In this document: positions 24,181-37,199 of the stretch, piece after piece
Layout: the number at the start of each line of letters is the position of its first letter
Position numbering within the stretch: position 1 is the stretch's first letter
Assembly (NCBI GenBank): GCA_030390025.1
Contig: CM059432.1
Span: forward strand, 2,852,001 to 2,916,000
Source: Squalus acanthias
Taxonomy: Eukaryota
Direction of reading: 5' to 3'
DNA length: 64,000 bases
Program-made: the position numbers and the translations under genes
Notes under the pieces: generated by a model
Told to the model about the DNA's origin: nothing
Databases searched by the model: none
The model's input: only the letters and a program-made list of their open reading frames with translations

Positions 24181-26424
24181 CAATTATAACAAACAGTATC
24201 ATCTCCTCTTTGTTTGAGTTGGGTAAGCACATGGCAGGGATCCTTGCTTTTTCCATTACTGTTTGTAGCTGCATTGGAAGTCCCTGCTATTGCCAGAAGT
24301 AGAGGCCCCTACATTTATAGCTAAGGGGTAAAGAGCACAAGCTATACCTGCAAATAGATGACATATTATTGCTGTTACAGAACCCATGATCATTTTTCAC
24401 TCATCTAATTACTTTATTTCAGGATTATTTCAAGGTTGCCTGTGGAGAGTTGGGAACCGTTTCATTAAATGGCAGGTGTCTGCACAGTCAGGTAGCAGAG
24501 TATGATCGTACATGGTTGTCTAAAGGATAGTCTAATTGGGTATAATAATTTACCAAGCCCAAATGCTTATTAGATATTAACATGACCAGGCACTTCAGCT
24601 CTTTACAAATACTGTAAGGCATTTGGAAAGGCCTTGAGAGATGAAAAGTTCTCACACTCTCATTACTGGGTAAAGTGAACACTTGCAACGTAATTCTCAG
24701 GAAAATCAAACCGATGTTTGTGAATTTTCTATGAAAGATAGAATCATCTACATTAAGTTTAATCAAGCTGCAGATAGTCAAAACCATTGTGGGGTGGGGG
24801 ACTATTGGGCATACTTGATCCACAATTCTTTCACTGGGCATCCATACCCCAATAATTAGAAGAGCAGTTTCCCTCTCATGAAGGATGGAGCTGGAAGAAT
24901 GCAGTACCCATCAACATCATATCCCCAAGGACTTATTCTATAACCCTAGCATAGCTTAAAGTGAAAATAAAATAATACAGTGCTCATGCAAATATCTGCT
25001 TTTATGTACTGTCGGTTTATGATAGATATATTACATTCTATGGTAGCTCCCTGTGGGGAACCCTAATTTTATTATTGTTCCATATTTGAGCAAGGAGGTA
25101 GCTGTGTTGTGGATGCTTATGGAGAAGAATTTCTCCAATCATTCCAACAATTAAATCAGCAATTCAATTTTATAGATTCTTCCAAGTCAGTGAGGAACCA
25201 CGTCTGAGGTAGTAAACAGCCTGAGTTCCTCAGAATTTGAGAACTTTATCCAGAAAGAAACTAATTAAGCTCACTTCATAGCCAAAGTATAAAAGATCTG
25301 GTGCAAAATGGGAGACAGTATAATTAGCAAAACAGAAAGGATCTGAAAGGAGGATTAGAGGTTCAACTCTCGCATTTCAATTAGTCTACAGTTGTCAAAA
25401 GCCTCCGTCAATGTATGAATGAAATTAATTCAATTAAAGACCTTTATAGATTCTTTTATACATCGTGTAGAATAGTTCAGTAATGCCACTTGCTGGAGAG
25501 TAGACATTGGTATTGTGACTCAGAATAGAGCACCATCACCACCCCCCACCCCCCCCCCCCACCCCCCCTTCACAGACTGTAACACTGTACAACAATCTCT
25601 CTTTTGGGAAATGGTGATGAGTACTGTAGCCAAGACAGATGAGGTAGCCATCAATAATCATCCCAAGATATAACACTGAAATGGGATTAATTGAAGAGCT
25701 AGTGTTGACATAGGTGCGATGGGCCAGATGGCTACCTTTTGTGCTCCAAATTCTATGATTTTATTATTATATATTTATTAATGTTCACGCATAATTGCTT
25801 TGTCAGCACTGTTAGTAGCAAAGAAGCTCATTAGCTTGGCATGGTTACGTGTATATTCACACTGGGTGAATGCAGTCCTCAAGGATATGAATCTGAAGAG
25901 ATATGCATATGATACCAGCAAATTTGGGAAGGGATCAGGAAGATGCTTGAAGTGCAGATGCTGAGAGACTGGGATCCTGTGTGGATGAGACTCCCTTCTA
26001 CATATTAGTTCAGAACTCAATTCCCTTCCTGGCGGCAGCATACATTGGGGAGCTATGTTTACTGGGCCTTATCAAGAGCACATCTGTAATTTTTGCTTAT
26101 TGAAGTATATAAGAATGGAGATGGTAGGGCACAGTTAGAATCATACTGGAATATTGTATCATATTTAAGATACCAATTTTATATATGCTTGGCTGTATGC
26201 CAATCTCAGTTTACACTGTTGATTTTTATTTCTTACAGTTTGTGATTCAATCTGAAATGAATAACATTTCATTCATAAAATAGTTGCAAATGTTGCGCAA
26301 TTGAATCAATGCAAATTTTTTTCTTCATACCACAGTTAAGCTTTCAATTTCCTATTTCCAGTCAATTGGCAGGTCAACAATGCATTGATTGTATTAATTC
26401 AAAATCAACAATCACTGATTCTCT

Positions 26425-26644
26425 AATACAAAAGCAAAATACTGCGGATACTGGAAATCTGAAATAAAAACAGAAATGCCGGAAATGCTCAGCAGGTCAG
26501 ACAGCATCTGTGGAGAGAAAAAGAGAGTTAATGTTTCAGGTTCAATGTCCTTTCAAAAGGTCATCAACCTGAACGTTAACTCTGTTATCTCTCCACAGAT
26601 GCTGTCCTGACCTATTGAGCATTTCCAGCATTTTCTGTTTTTAT
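26425..26644. mobile_element. Palindromic Penelope-like terminal insertion (family B)
   Basis: Imperfect inverted arms homologous to 49020-49125; TSD-like TCACTGATTCTCT / TCACTGATCTCT. Confidence 0.7.
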
Positions 26645-26706
26645 TCACTGATCTCTGTCTGTTTCTGAATTACACCTAGAAGTAACAATCTTTCACAATG
26701 CAATTA

Positions 26707-27065
26707 GGAACATAGGAACTGGAGTCGACCATTCAGCCCCTCGAGCCATATCAATTAGATCATGGCTGATCTGTACCTCAATTCCATTTAATCTGCCTTT
26801 AATCCATATCCCTTGATAACCTTACCCAACAAAATCTATCAATCTGAGTCCTGAAATTTAAATTGGCCCAGCATCCACAACCTTTGAAGGAGAGAGTTCC
26901 AGATTTCCATACCCTTTGTGTGAAAAAGTGCTTCTGATTTCACTACCTAAATGGCCTAACTCTAATAGTAAGATTATGCCCTCTTGTTCTGGATTCCCCT
27001 ATCAGAGGAAATAATTTCTCTGTACCTACCCTATTGAATCCATTATCATTTTAATCACCTTAATT
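26707..27065 (-). mobile_element. CR1 3' fragment
   Basis: CR1 3' UTR and ORF2 end on the minus strand. Confidence 0.75.
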
Positions 27066-27265
27066 AATTCAAATAAAATAATTGCAAAATATGAATACAG
27101 TATGATATGTTATCAATTTAAAATACACTAAAAGAGCTCATAGAAAGCCAATAACTCTTAGTCTCTTGACTAAAAGATCACAGTGAGAATCAAAGTATCC
27201 AATGGGCAGGGGGAATTATCTGAATAAAATATTAGGTGATCAAGAGGGCAAAATAATGTAATTTT

Positions 27266-27465
27266 NNNNNNNNNNNNNNNNNNNNNNNNNNNNNNNNNNN
27301 NNNNNNNNNNNNNNNNNNNNNNNNNNNNNNNNNNNNNNNNNNNNNNNNNNNNNNNNNNNNNNNNNNNNNNNNNNNNNNNNNNNNNNNNNNNNNNNNNNNN
27401 NNNNNNNNNNNNNNNNNNNNNNNNNNNNNNNNNNNNNNNNNNNNNNNNNNNNNNNNNNNNNNNNN
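27266..27465. other. Assembly gap (200 N)
   Basis: Run of N. Confidence 1.
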
Positions 27466-27527
27466 CAACAACATGACAATAACAAACAACCCGAAGGAAA
27501 GGTGAATCTCAGCCATCAAATAATCCT

Positions 27528-27635
27528 GCGTTACAACAGTGACTACACTTTTTTTTTAAAGTACTTCATTGGCTGTAAAGCGCTTTGGCACATCCTGAGG
27601 TCGTGAAAGGCGCTGTAGAAATGAAAGTCTTTCTT
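27528..27635 (+). mobile_element. Deu-domain SINE 3' end
   Basis: Tail match to other copies. Confidence 0.65.
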
Positions 27636-27809
27636 TATGTTTAAGCACATTCCAAAAAAATCTACACAAAATTATTGAAAATCTGGGCTATTTTCCCCCA
27701 CTTAAATCTATTTTCCGTAAGTATGACGTTGCTTAATTTATAAACAGAATACTTGGAATTGAAATTGTTTTGCAGCTGCTAATTTTACTAAAGTCCACTT
27801 TAGTAAAAT

Positions 27810-28290
27810 AACAACAAAAATTTGTATTTTATAGCGCTTTTAATGTAGTAAAACGTCTCAAGGCGCTTCACAAGAGCTTTATCAAACAAAATTTTGACAC
27901 CGAAGCACATAATTTGCAGGGCTACGGGGAAAGGGCGGGGGAGTGGGACTAGCTGAAGTGCTCTTGCAGAGAACCAGCACGGGCATGATGGGCCGAATGG
28001 CCGCCTTCTGTGCTGTAACCATTCTATGATTCTATAAGGAGATATTAGGGCAGGTGACCAAAAGCTTGGTCAAAGAGGTAGGTTTTAAGGAGCGTCTTAA
28101 AAGGAGGAGGGAGAAGTGGAGGGGCGAAAATGTTTAGAGAAGGAATTCTAGAGCTTAGGGCCTCGGCAGCTGAAGGCATAGCTGCCAATGGTGGAGTGAT
28201 GAATATTGAGAATGCGCAAGAGGCCAGAATTGGAGGAGCGCAGAGATCTCGGAGGGATGTAGGGCTGGAGGAGGTTACAGAGATAGGGAG
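27810..28290 (-). mobile_element. L2 3' fragment carrying a CR1 tail insertion (27911-28035, +)
   Basis: L2 tail and FKTLLKTYLF motif; inserted segment ends ATTCTATGATTCTA. Confidence 0.75.
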
Positions 28291-28409
28291 GGGCTTCCTC
28301 AAGTTTAACTCCTTGCTGTTTACATTTTCTGGCCACTTAAATCTGCTGCTGCTTTGACCTCCCCCACCCCACCCCACCCACCCCCCTGATCTCTCAGCCC
28401 TTTCCTTCA

Positions 28410-30220
28410 AGGTATATAAATAGTAAATGGGTAGTAAGAGAAGGGGTGGAGCCGATTAGGGACCAAAAAGGAGACCTGCGCATGGAGGCAGAGGGTATAG
28501 CTGAGTTGCTGAATGAGCACTTTGCATCTGTCTTCAAGGAAGATGATGCCACCATAGACATAGTGAAGGAGGAGGTAGAGGAGATACTGGATGGTGTAAA
28601 AATTGATAAAGAGGAGGTACTAGGAAGGCTGGCTGTACTTAAAGTAGAAAAGTCGCCAAGACCAGATGGGATGCATCCTAGGACACTGAGGGAAGTGAAG
28701 GAAGAAATCGCGGAGGTACTGGCCATAATATTCCAACCCTCTTTAGAAACGGGGGCAGTGCCAGAGGACTGGAGAATTGCAAATGTTACACCCTTGTTCA
28801 AAGAAGGGTGTAAAGATAAACCCAGCAACTACAGGCCAGTCAGTTTAACCTCAGTAGTGGGGAAGCTTTTAGAAACAATAATCAGGGACAAAATTAACAG
28901 TCACTTGGACAAGTGTGTATTAATTAAGGAAAGCCAGCATGGATTTGTTAAAGGCAAATCGTGTTTAACTAACTTGATCGAGTTTTTTGATGACGTAACA
29001 GAGAGGGTTGGTGAGGGCAATGCGGTTGACGTGGCGTACATAGATTTCCAAAAGGCGTTCGACAAAGTGCCACTTAATAGGCTTACCAGCACAGTTGAAG
29101 CCCATGGAATAAAAGGGACAGTGGCAGCATGGATACGAAATTGGCTAAGTGATAGGAAACAGAGAGTAGTGGTGAACGGTTGTTTTCGGACTGGAGGAAG
29201 GTATGCAGTGGTATTCCCCAGGGGTCGGTACTGGGACCACTGCTTTTGATATATATTAATGACTTGGATGTGGGTGTACAGGGCACAATTTCAAAATTTG
29301 CAGATGACACAAAACTTGGAAGTATAGTGAACAGTAAGGAGGAGAGTGATAGACTTCAAGAGGATATAGACAGGCTCATGTAATGGGCGGACAAGTGGCA
29401 GATGAAATTTAATGCAGAAAAATGCACTTGATCAATTTTGGTAGTAAGAATGAGGAGAAGAAATATAATCTAAAGGGTACAATCCTAAAGGAGGTGCATG
29501 AACAGAGAGACCTGGGGATATATGTGCACAAATCATTGAAGGTGGCAGGGCAGGTTGAGAAAGAAGTTAAAAAAGCTTACGGGATCCTGGGCTTCATGAA
29601 TAGAGGTATAGAGCACAAAAGCGTGGAAATTATGATGAACCTGTATAAAACACTGGTTCGGCCTCAACTGGAGTATTGTGTCCAATTCTGGGCACCACAC
29701 TTTAGGCAGGATGTGAAGGCCTTTGAGAGGGTGCAGAAAAGATTTACGAGAATGATTCCAGGGATGAGGGACTTCAGTTATGTGGATAGACTGGAGAAGT
29801 TGGGATTGTTCTCCTTAGAGCAGAGAAGTTTGAAAGGAGATTTGATTGAGGTGTTCAAAATCATGAGGGGTCTGGACAGAGTAGATAGAGAGAAACTGTT
29901 CCCATTGGTGGAAGGGTCGAGAACCAGAGGACACAGATTTAAGGTGATTGGCAGAAGAACCAAAGGCGACATGAGGAAAAACTTTTTTACTCAGCGAGTG
30001 GTTAGGATCTGGAATGCACTGCCTGAAAGGGTGGTGGAGGCAGACTCAATCATGGCTTTCAAAGGGGAATTGGATAAGTACCTGAAGGAAAATAATTTGC
30101 AGGGCTACGGGGAAAGGGCGGGGGGAGTGGGACTAGCTGAAGTGCTCTTGCAGAGAGCCGGCACGGGCTCGATGGGCCGAATGGCCGTCTTCCACGCTGT
30201 AACCATTCTATGATTCTATG
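28410..30220 (+). mobile_element. 5'-truncated CR1 (RT, frameshifted)
   Basis: ORFs 28446-29249, 29180-29383, 29422-30213 with RT motifs; ATTCTATG tail. Confidence 0.9.
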
Positions 30221-30404
30221 AAGGTGCTGGTGTAGGTCCACATCAGTCTATACCCTGTTGGATATCTGACTCTCCCAAACGGCTGTCTATAAGCCAAATT
30301 AGCACCAGGGATGGCACCTGGGATAAGCATTGGCAGCTGTGCTATTTAATGTCTGACCAGGAAGAATGATTGGGCCTCCCACCAACGTCACTGGGTGAAG
30401 CAGC

Positions 30405-30765
30405 TCGCTTGTTTTCAAATCCCTCCACGGCCTCGCCCCTCCCTATCTCTGTGATCTCCTCCAGCCCTACAACCCTCCGAGATCTCTGGGCTCCTCCAAT
30501 TTTGGCCTCTTGCGCCTCCCCGATTTCCTTCGCTCCACCATTGGCGGCCGTGCCTTCAGCTGCCTGGACCCCGAGCTCTGGAATTCGCTCCCTAAACCTC
30601 TCCACTCTCTCCACCTTTTAAGACGCTTCTTAAAACCTACCTCTTTGACCAAGCTTTTGGTCACCTGCCCTAATATCTCCTTATGTGGCTCGGTGTCAGA
30701 TTGTGTTTGATAATCGCTCCTGTGAAGCGCCTGGAGACGTTTTACTACGGTTGTTGTTGTTGTAG
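30405..30765 (+). mobile_element. L2 3' fragment
   Basis: GGRAFSC...LWNSLP; (TTG)n tail. Confidence 0.8.
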
Positions 30766-31671
30766 GCTACACATATGAAGAATGGCCACTTGGATGAGAT
30801 ATAGCGCCTGTGGAACTGCACCCCACAAAGAGTTAATACCGTCTGGACAGGAAGACAGTTGGAGAAAAAGGTGACAAAACATTGAACTGTTCAAATCTTA
30901 AGTGGATGTGTCGTACATATACTGACTACTTTCTTTCAAGATTGAACAGCAACATTATCACTTGGTAAAATTAGTATTGATTACATTAATAAGGAAATGG
31001 CAGACCAACTAAATGCATACTTTGGGTCAGTCTTTACGAAGGAAGACACAAAAAACCTCCCTGGGATATCGGGAAAAATAGGGACATGGGCAAAGGAGGA
31101 ACTGACGCAAATCAATATCTCTAAGGATATGGTGTTAAGGAAGCTAAAGGGATTGAAGGCGGACAAATCCCCAGGGCCTGATAACATGCATCCTAGGGTA
31201 CTGAAGGAGGTGGCCCTAGAGATAGCGGATGCACTAAGTATGATTTTTCAGAATTCATTAGACTCGGGAACAGTGCCCATGGATTGGAGGGTAGCTAACG
31301 TTACCCCACTATTCAAAAAGGGGGGTAGGGAAAAAGCAGGTAATTACAGACCTGTAAGCCTTACATCAGTTGTGGGCAAAATGCTGGAGTCCATCATTAA
31401 GGATGAAATAGCGGAGCACTTAGCAAATGGGGACAGGATAGGACAGAGTCAACATGGATTTACAAAGGGTAAATCGTGCTTGACTAATCTATTGGAATTT
31501 TTTGAGGGAGTAACTGGTAAAATAGATGGGGGAGAGCCAGTAGATGTGGTGTACCTGGACTTCCAAAAGGCCTTCGACAAGGTCCCACATAAAAGATTAG
31601 CATGGAAAATGAAGCTCATGGGATAAAGGGGAAAGTATTGACGTGGATAGAGAACTGGCTGTCAGATAGAA

Positions 31672-31851
31672 TTGAGAGGTCGCACAACACCAGGTTATAG
31701 TCCAACAGTTTTATTTGAAATCACAAGCTTTCGGAGCTATCGATTTGCTCCTTCCTCAGGTGAAGTAAATTAGATACAGAATCTCCAAAGCATATATAGA
31801 TGGAAAACAAAGCATGTGTACTTTACAATTGCAGACCAATAAATTAAATCA
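31672..31851 (-). mobile_element. Penelope-like pLTR insertion (family A)
   Basis: TSD TCAGATAGAA/TCTGATAGAA; homologous to the 9635 and 47855 insertions. Confidence 0.75.
31721..31763 (-). ncRNA. Minimal type-I hammerhead ribozyme motif
   Basis: Minus strand TCAC-CTGAGGA-A-GGAGC-AAATCGATA-GCTCC-GAAA-GC-TT-GTGA. Confidence 0.7.
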
Positions 31852-33379
31852 TCTGATAGAAAACAGAGAGTTGGAATAAACGGCTCATTTTCTGAATGGC
31901 AGGCAGTAACAAGTGGGGTACCACAGGGATCTGTCCTGGGTCCCCAGCTGTTCACAATTTACATTAATGACCTGGATCAGGGAGTCGGATGCAGCATTTC
32001 CAAATTTGCAGACGACACTAAACTAGGAGGGGGGGTGGGCTCAGAGGAGGAGACCAGGAAGCTCCAGAGCGATTTGGACAGACTGGGTGATTGGGCGGAT
32101 AAATGGCAGATGCACTATAATGTGGACAAGTGCGAAGTTATCCACCTTGGGTGCAGGAACGGGAGGGCAAATTATTATTTAAATGGCAATAAATTGGGAG
32201 AGGGGGAAGTACAGAGAGACCTGGGTGTTCTTGTACACCAGTCACTGAAGGCGAGCATGCAGGTGCAACAGGCGGTCAAGAAGGCAAACGGTATGCTGGC
32301 CTTCATAGCAAAAGGGTTGGAATACAGGAACAGGGATACCTTGCTGCAGCTGTACAGGGCACTGGTGAGACCACACCTCGAGTACTGTGTACAGTTTTGG
32401 TCGCCTCATCTGAGGAAAGATGTTCTTGCCATGGAGGGGGTGCAGCGGCGATTCACCAGGCTGATACCAGGAATGGCGGGATTGACCTATGAGGAGAGAC
32501 TATGTAGTTTAGGGATGTACACACTGGAGTTTAGAAGATTGAGAGGGGACCTCATAGAAGTGTATAAAATTCTGACAGGTCTAGACAGACTAGATGCAGA
32601 AGGAATGTTTCCCTTGGCGGGTGAGAACAGAACTAGAGGACATAATTTAAGGATAAGGGCTAAACCATTTAGGACAGAAATGAGGGGGAATTTCTTCACT
32701 CAGAGGGTGGTGAACCTGTGGAACTCATTGCCACAGAGGGCAGTGTACGCCAGCTCATTAAATATATTTAAGAGGGAATTAGATATATTTCTACAGGCAA
32801 AAGGGGTTAAGGGTTACGGAGAGAAGGCGGGGACGGGATACTGAATTGGAGGATCAGCCATGATCTCATTAAATGGCGGAGCAGGCTCGAAGGGCCGGAT
32901 GGCCTACTCCTGCTCCTATCTTCTATGTATCTATGTATTACAATAGTTTTATCGAATGTCCTCAGTTATCACTGATAGGCTTTCAATAACTTCGGTTGCT
33001 GGTGGATCAGAAGATGGTGATGAACCAGCGACATCATTCTGATTTTACCTGAATCCCTCAATAGGAACGTGCTTTTCTAATCTATTATTCTGATCATAGA
33101 ATTTACTTGAAACATTGATTAACATACATTAATTATGTCATATTGCATAAGTATACGTTTATGAATATCCTCTTGCATCAAGATAATGGAACAGGCCAAT
33201 ACTATAGAAAACAAAAATAAAGTGATGGAATCTTCCCCTCAAATACACAATTAAAGAAAGTATGTATAACTGGGCATCTTTCTAAAAAAAAAACAAATGC
33301 CAGTGACTTGATTAAATGCACAATCTAGGCTTGGGGCCAAGATAATGGTTCAGGGCTTTTTAAAAAAAAATGTTCTCAA

Positions 33380-33678
33380 GATGATTGGTAACCAGAGGAC
33401 ACAGATTTAGGATAATTGGCAAAAAAAATTCCAGGGGGGAAATGAGGAGACATTTTTTACGCAGCGAGTTGTTACGATGCACTACCTGAAAGGGTGGTGG
33501 AAGCAGATTCAATAGTAACTTTCAAAAGGGAATTGGATAAATACTTGAAGGGGAAAAATTTGCAGGGCTATGGGGAAAGAGCAGGGGGGGAGTGGGACGA
33601 ATTGGAGAGCTCGTTCAAAGAGCCGGCACAGGCACAATGGGCCGAATGGCCTCCTTCTGTGCTGTATGATTCTATGAT
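33380..33678 (+). mobile_element. CR1 3' fragment
   Basis: VVEADSIVTFKRELDKYL and 3' UTR. Confidence 0.8.
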
Positions 33679-33769
33679 GTGGGCAAGTTTTTTTTTTCCC
33701 CCCTGGAAGGACATCAATAAAATCATCTTTTTTCTCAGCTTCTAGCCCACCAATTACTTATATACATCG

Positions 33770-34330
33770 GATTACATAGGATATACAGCACAGACACAGG
33801 CCATTTGGCCCAACCAGTCCATGCCGGCGTTTATGCTCCACTCGAGCCTCCTCCCATCTTTCCTCATCTAAATCTATCAGCATAACCCTCTATTCCCTTC
33901 TCCCTCATATGCTTGTCTAGCCTCCCCTTAAATGCATCTATACTATTCGCCTCAACCACCCCTGTGGTAGCGAGTTCCACATTCTCACCACACTCTGGGT
34001 AAAGAAGTTTCTTCTGAATTCCCTATTGGATTTCTTGGTGACTATCTTATATTGACAGCCTCTAGTTATGCTCTTCCCCACAAGTGGAAACATTCTCTCT
34101 GTGTCCACTCTAACAAAACCTTTCAAAATTTTAGGAGAAAAGAGACCCAGCTTGTTCATCCTTTCTTGATAGGTATAACCTCGCATTTCTGGTATCATCT
34201 TTGTAAATCTTTTTTGCACCCTCTCCAGTGCCTCTATATCCTTTTTCTATATGGTGACCAGAATTGTACGCTGTTCTCCAAATGTGATCTAACCAAGCTT
34301 TGATACAAGTTTAGCATAACTTCCCTACTA
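33770..34330 (-). mobile_element. CR1 3' fragment
   Basis: QKRFTKMIP...FFTQSVVRMWNSLP. Confidence 0.8.
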
Positions 34331-34359
34331 CAGGAGCTGGGTTAAGCAACGACTCATTT

Positions 34360-34750
34360 TTTAAATTCTCATCCTTGTTTTCAAATCCCTCCATGACCTC
34401 GGCCCTCCCTATCTCTGTAATCTCCTCCAGCCCCACAACCCCCCGAGATATCTGCGCTCCTCTAATTCTGCCCTCTTGAGCATCCCTGATTATAATCGCT
34501 CTACCATTGGTGGCCGTGCCTTCTGTTGCCTAGGCCCTAAGCTCTGGAATTCCCTCCCTAAACCTCTCCGCCTCTCTCTCCTCCTTTAAGACGCTCCTTA
34601 AAACCTCCCTCTTTGACCAAGCTTTTGGTCACGTGTCCTAATATCTCCTTATGTGGCTCGGTGTCAAATTTTGTTTGATAATCGCTCCTGTGAAGCACCC
34701 TGGGACGTTTTACTGCATTAAAGGCGCTATATAAATGCAAGTTGTTGTTG
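34360..34750 (+). mobile_element. L2 3' fragment
   Basis: L2 ORF2 end and AAATGCAAG(TTG)n tail. Confidence 0.8.
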
Positions 34751-35134
34751 TAGATGGACAAATCTCCATGCTGATTTAAAAAAATATATTTTTATCCATG
34801 CAGATATACATTGAATAAGTTTTTTCATGAATGTTTATCCACCCCATGTTTCATCCCCGGCACCTCTACACTTAGGGGATGGGTGTAAAGTCTGCTCTCA
34901 AGCTGTTGCTAATAACCTTGAGTGGGAGGCTGCCAGGATCTGCCGGGGACGCCCAGACACAACTGTCTCCTCCAACTCTCACTCTTTGCTGGGCCACACT
35001 GTCTGGTGCCTCCCCCTCTCAACAAAGCTTGGGAACTAAGCAAAACAAAGCTCGAATCTGCTTCTACCCTTCTCTTCCTCTCCGTATCACTGTGCCATCC
35101 GACCTCCCATCACTCCATGATGTGGAGCTTTAGA

Positions 35135-35465
35135 GCAACAACAACCACCTATATAACGCCTTTAACGGAATAAAACATCCCAAGGAGTGTAATTTAAAAA
35201 AAGACACCGAGCCATCTAAGATGATGTTAGGGCAGATGACCAAAAGCTTGGTCGAAGAGGTAGGTTATAAGGAGCATCTTAAAGGAGGAAAGAGATAGAG
35301 AGGCGGAGAGGTTTAGGGAGGGAATTCCAGAGCTTGGGGCCCAGGCAGCTGAAGGCCTGGCCGCCAATGGTGGAGCGATTAAAATCGGGAATGCTCAAAA
35401 GGCCAGAATAGGCGGAGCGCAGAGATCTAGGGGGATTATAGGACTGGAGGAGATTACAGAGATAA
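35135..35465 (-). mobile_element. L2 3' fragment
   Basis: Reverse complement of the L2 3' end. Confidence 0.75.
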
Positions 35466-37199
35466 GATTATAGATTACAGAGCACCAAGTATTCCCTTAA
35501 TCCCAACGCCATTTTCCCTTTAAATGAGAAAAAGCTACCACGTGTTCTCAAATTTGAGAGCATTGTCCCTGGATTCTCTCGTGGTGACACCTCATAGTTG
35601 TAGTGGTTCGATGGAACCATGGGACCAAATATACAAATGACGTAGCAGGTTATTGCTGTGATGATATATTTATGCCAAAACATATGTAGAGGTTACAGCA
35701 ACGCACTAAAAGATGGAAGTGGCCCCATTGGTTCCGGATATTGGTAATTCTGAAACCATAGTCACTTGGGTGGGACGGGATGTTTTAGGTTGGTGATCTG
35801 ACAGCAAAGGTCTACGGGCAACTCATTCAGCATATTACCAAAGATGATGCAAAAACCAGGGAGCTGCCTCTATTGGCAGTGATAATGGTGTGTGAACTGC
35901 TGCTGGAATCCTTTCCCAGGTTTCGGATTCCAGCTTCACAAATTGTTATCAAGGGAAGAGTGTTCTCAAACTCTCTAGTGTGTCCAACGTAGGATCTGGT
36001 TTCAAATACAAGTTGCTATTTCTGTTAACGACCAATGCACATGGATTGCAATTTGAATGACATAACACCAAGGTTCTATACAAGTTCAACATAAACTTCT
36101 CTGCTTTTCAATTCTGTCCCTCTCGAAATAAGCCCCGGGGCTTTTTTTTATGGCCTTATTATGGGATAGGATGGGATGTGTCAAGTTGGTGATCTGACAA
36201 CAAAGGTCTATGAGCACATCATTCAATGCCCTTCTGGATAACCTAACATTTTTTATTGGCGACAATCTTGATCTACTGGATACTATTAGTGGTGCAGGTA
36301 GGAAATTATGCCATAAATAGCCCTGGCTATGTTCTCGTACTCCTTGGAGAGTCTCAATGGGGTAGAGGAGCAACGGGATCTGGGGGTACACGTACACAAA
36401 TCACTAACGTTGCGACACAGGTTAATAAGGCCATTTAAAAAAAAAAGCAATATAACGGAACTAATGGGAACAGACTCACGAGGAAATTGCTCTTCACTCA
36501 GCATTCCAACCTTGTAGTCCTACCGGAGCTGAGCGGCGGACCTGCGAGAGGCACAGAGTCGGCGAGAGGAACTCAACACAGGAGTGACGTCAGAATTCAG
36601 AAGCGACGTCGGCACAAGGGAGCTGACTGGTGAGTAGCTGGTGAGTGAGTTTTTTTTGTTAAGATTTTAAGTTTATTTCTGTCAAGGTAATTCATAGTAC
36701 AGTATATTATATAGAGGCATGGCAGGGCAGCTCAGCCCCGTGGAATGCACATCCTGTGCCATGTGGGAAATCCTGGGCGCTTCACGTGGCCTGGACGACC
36801 ACGTGTGCGAGCGGTGTCGCCAGCTATGGCAGCTCGGGCTCCGGGTTTCAGAGCGCTTCTGCGGCCGCAGACGTGACTCCAGGATGGTATGTTGCCTCCC
36901 TGGTGCCAGGGTTAAGGATGTCACTGACCGGCTGCAGGACAATCTCGGGGGAGGGTGAACAGCCAGAGGTCGTGGTCCACATCGGTACCAACGACATAGG
37001 TAGAAAGAGTGATGAGGTCCTGCAGGCAGATTTTAGGGAGCTAGGAAAGAGATTAAAAAGCAGGATCTCAAAGGTAGTAATCTCTGGATTACTCCCGGTG
37101 CCACGTGCTAGTGAGTACAGAAACAGGAGGATAGAGCAAATGAATGCGTGGCTGGAGAGATGGTGCAGGAGGGAGGGCTTTAGATTCCTGAGGCATTGG

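Larger units (their letters stand above)
22150..26280 (+). mobile_element. Highly decayed L1/Tx1-clade LINE
   Basis: ORF1 remnant LDDLENLSRRNNL (~22295-22335); RT remnants VKFYK...LDPILL, LFNRNCKILATVLA...IIHCDLVGF, EHKLYLQIDDILL, LSLLGKVN in the expected order. Confidence 0.7.
30985..32938 (+). mobile_element. 5'-truncated CR1 (RT) interrupted by a PLE fragment
   Basis: ORFs 30997-31626 and 32035-32844 with RT motifs; 3' UTR. Confidence 0.9.

Noticed and set aside
27232..27519. ORFs spanning the N run
   Set aside because: Artefacts of the assembly gap
33128..33201. Possible 74-nt minus-strand exon (acceptor TTTTGTTTTCTATAG, donor AAT|GTATGT)
   Set aside because: Weak donor, AT-rich context, peptide not recognised; needs RNA-seq
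35790..35992. Open frame VGDLTAKVYGQLIQH...VCPT after TTTTAG
   Set aside because: No recognisable homology; length compatible with chance
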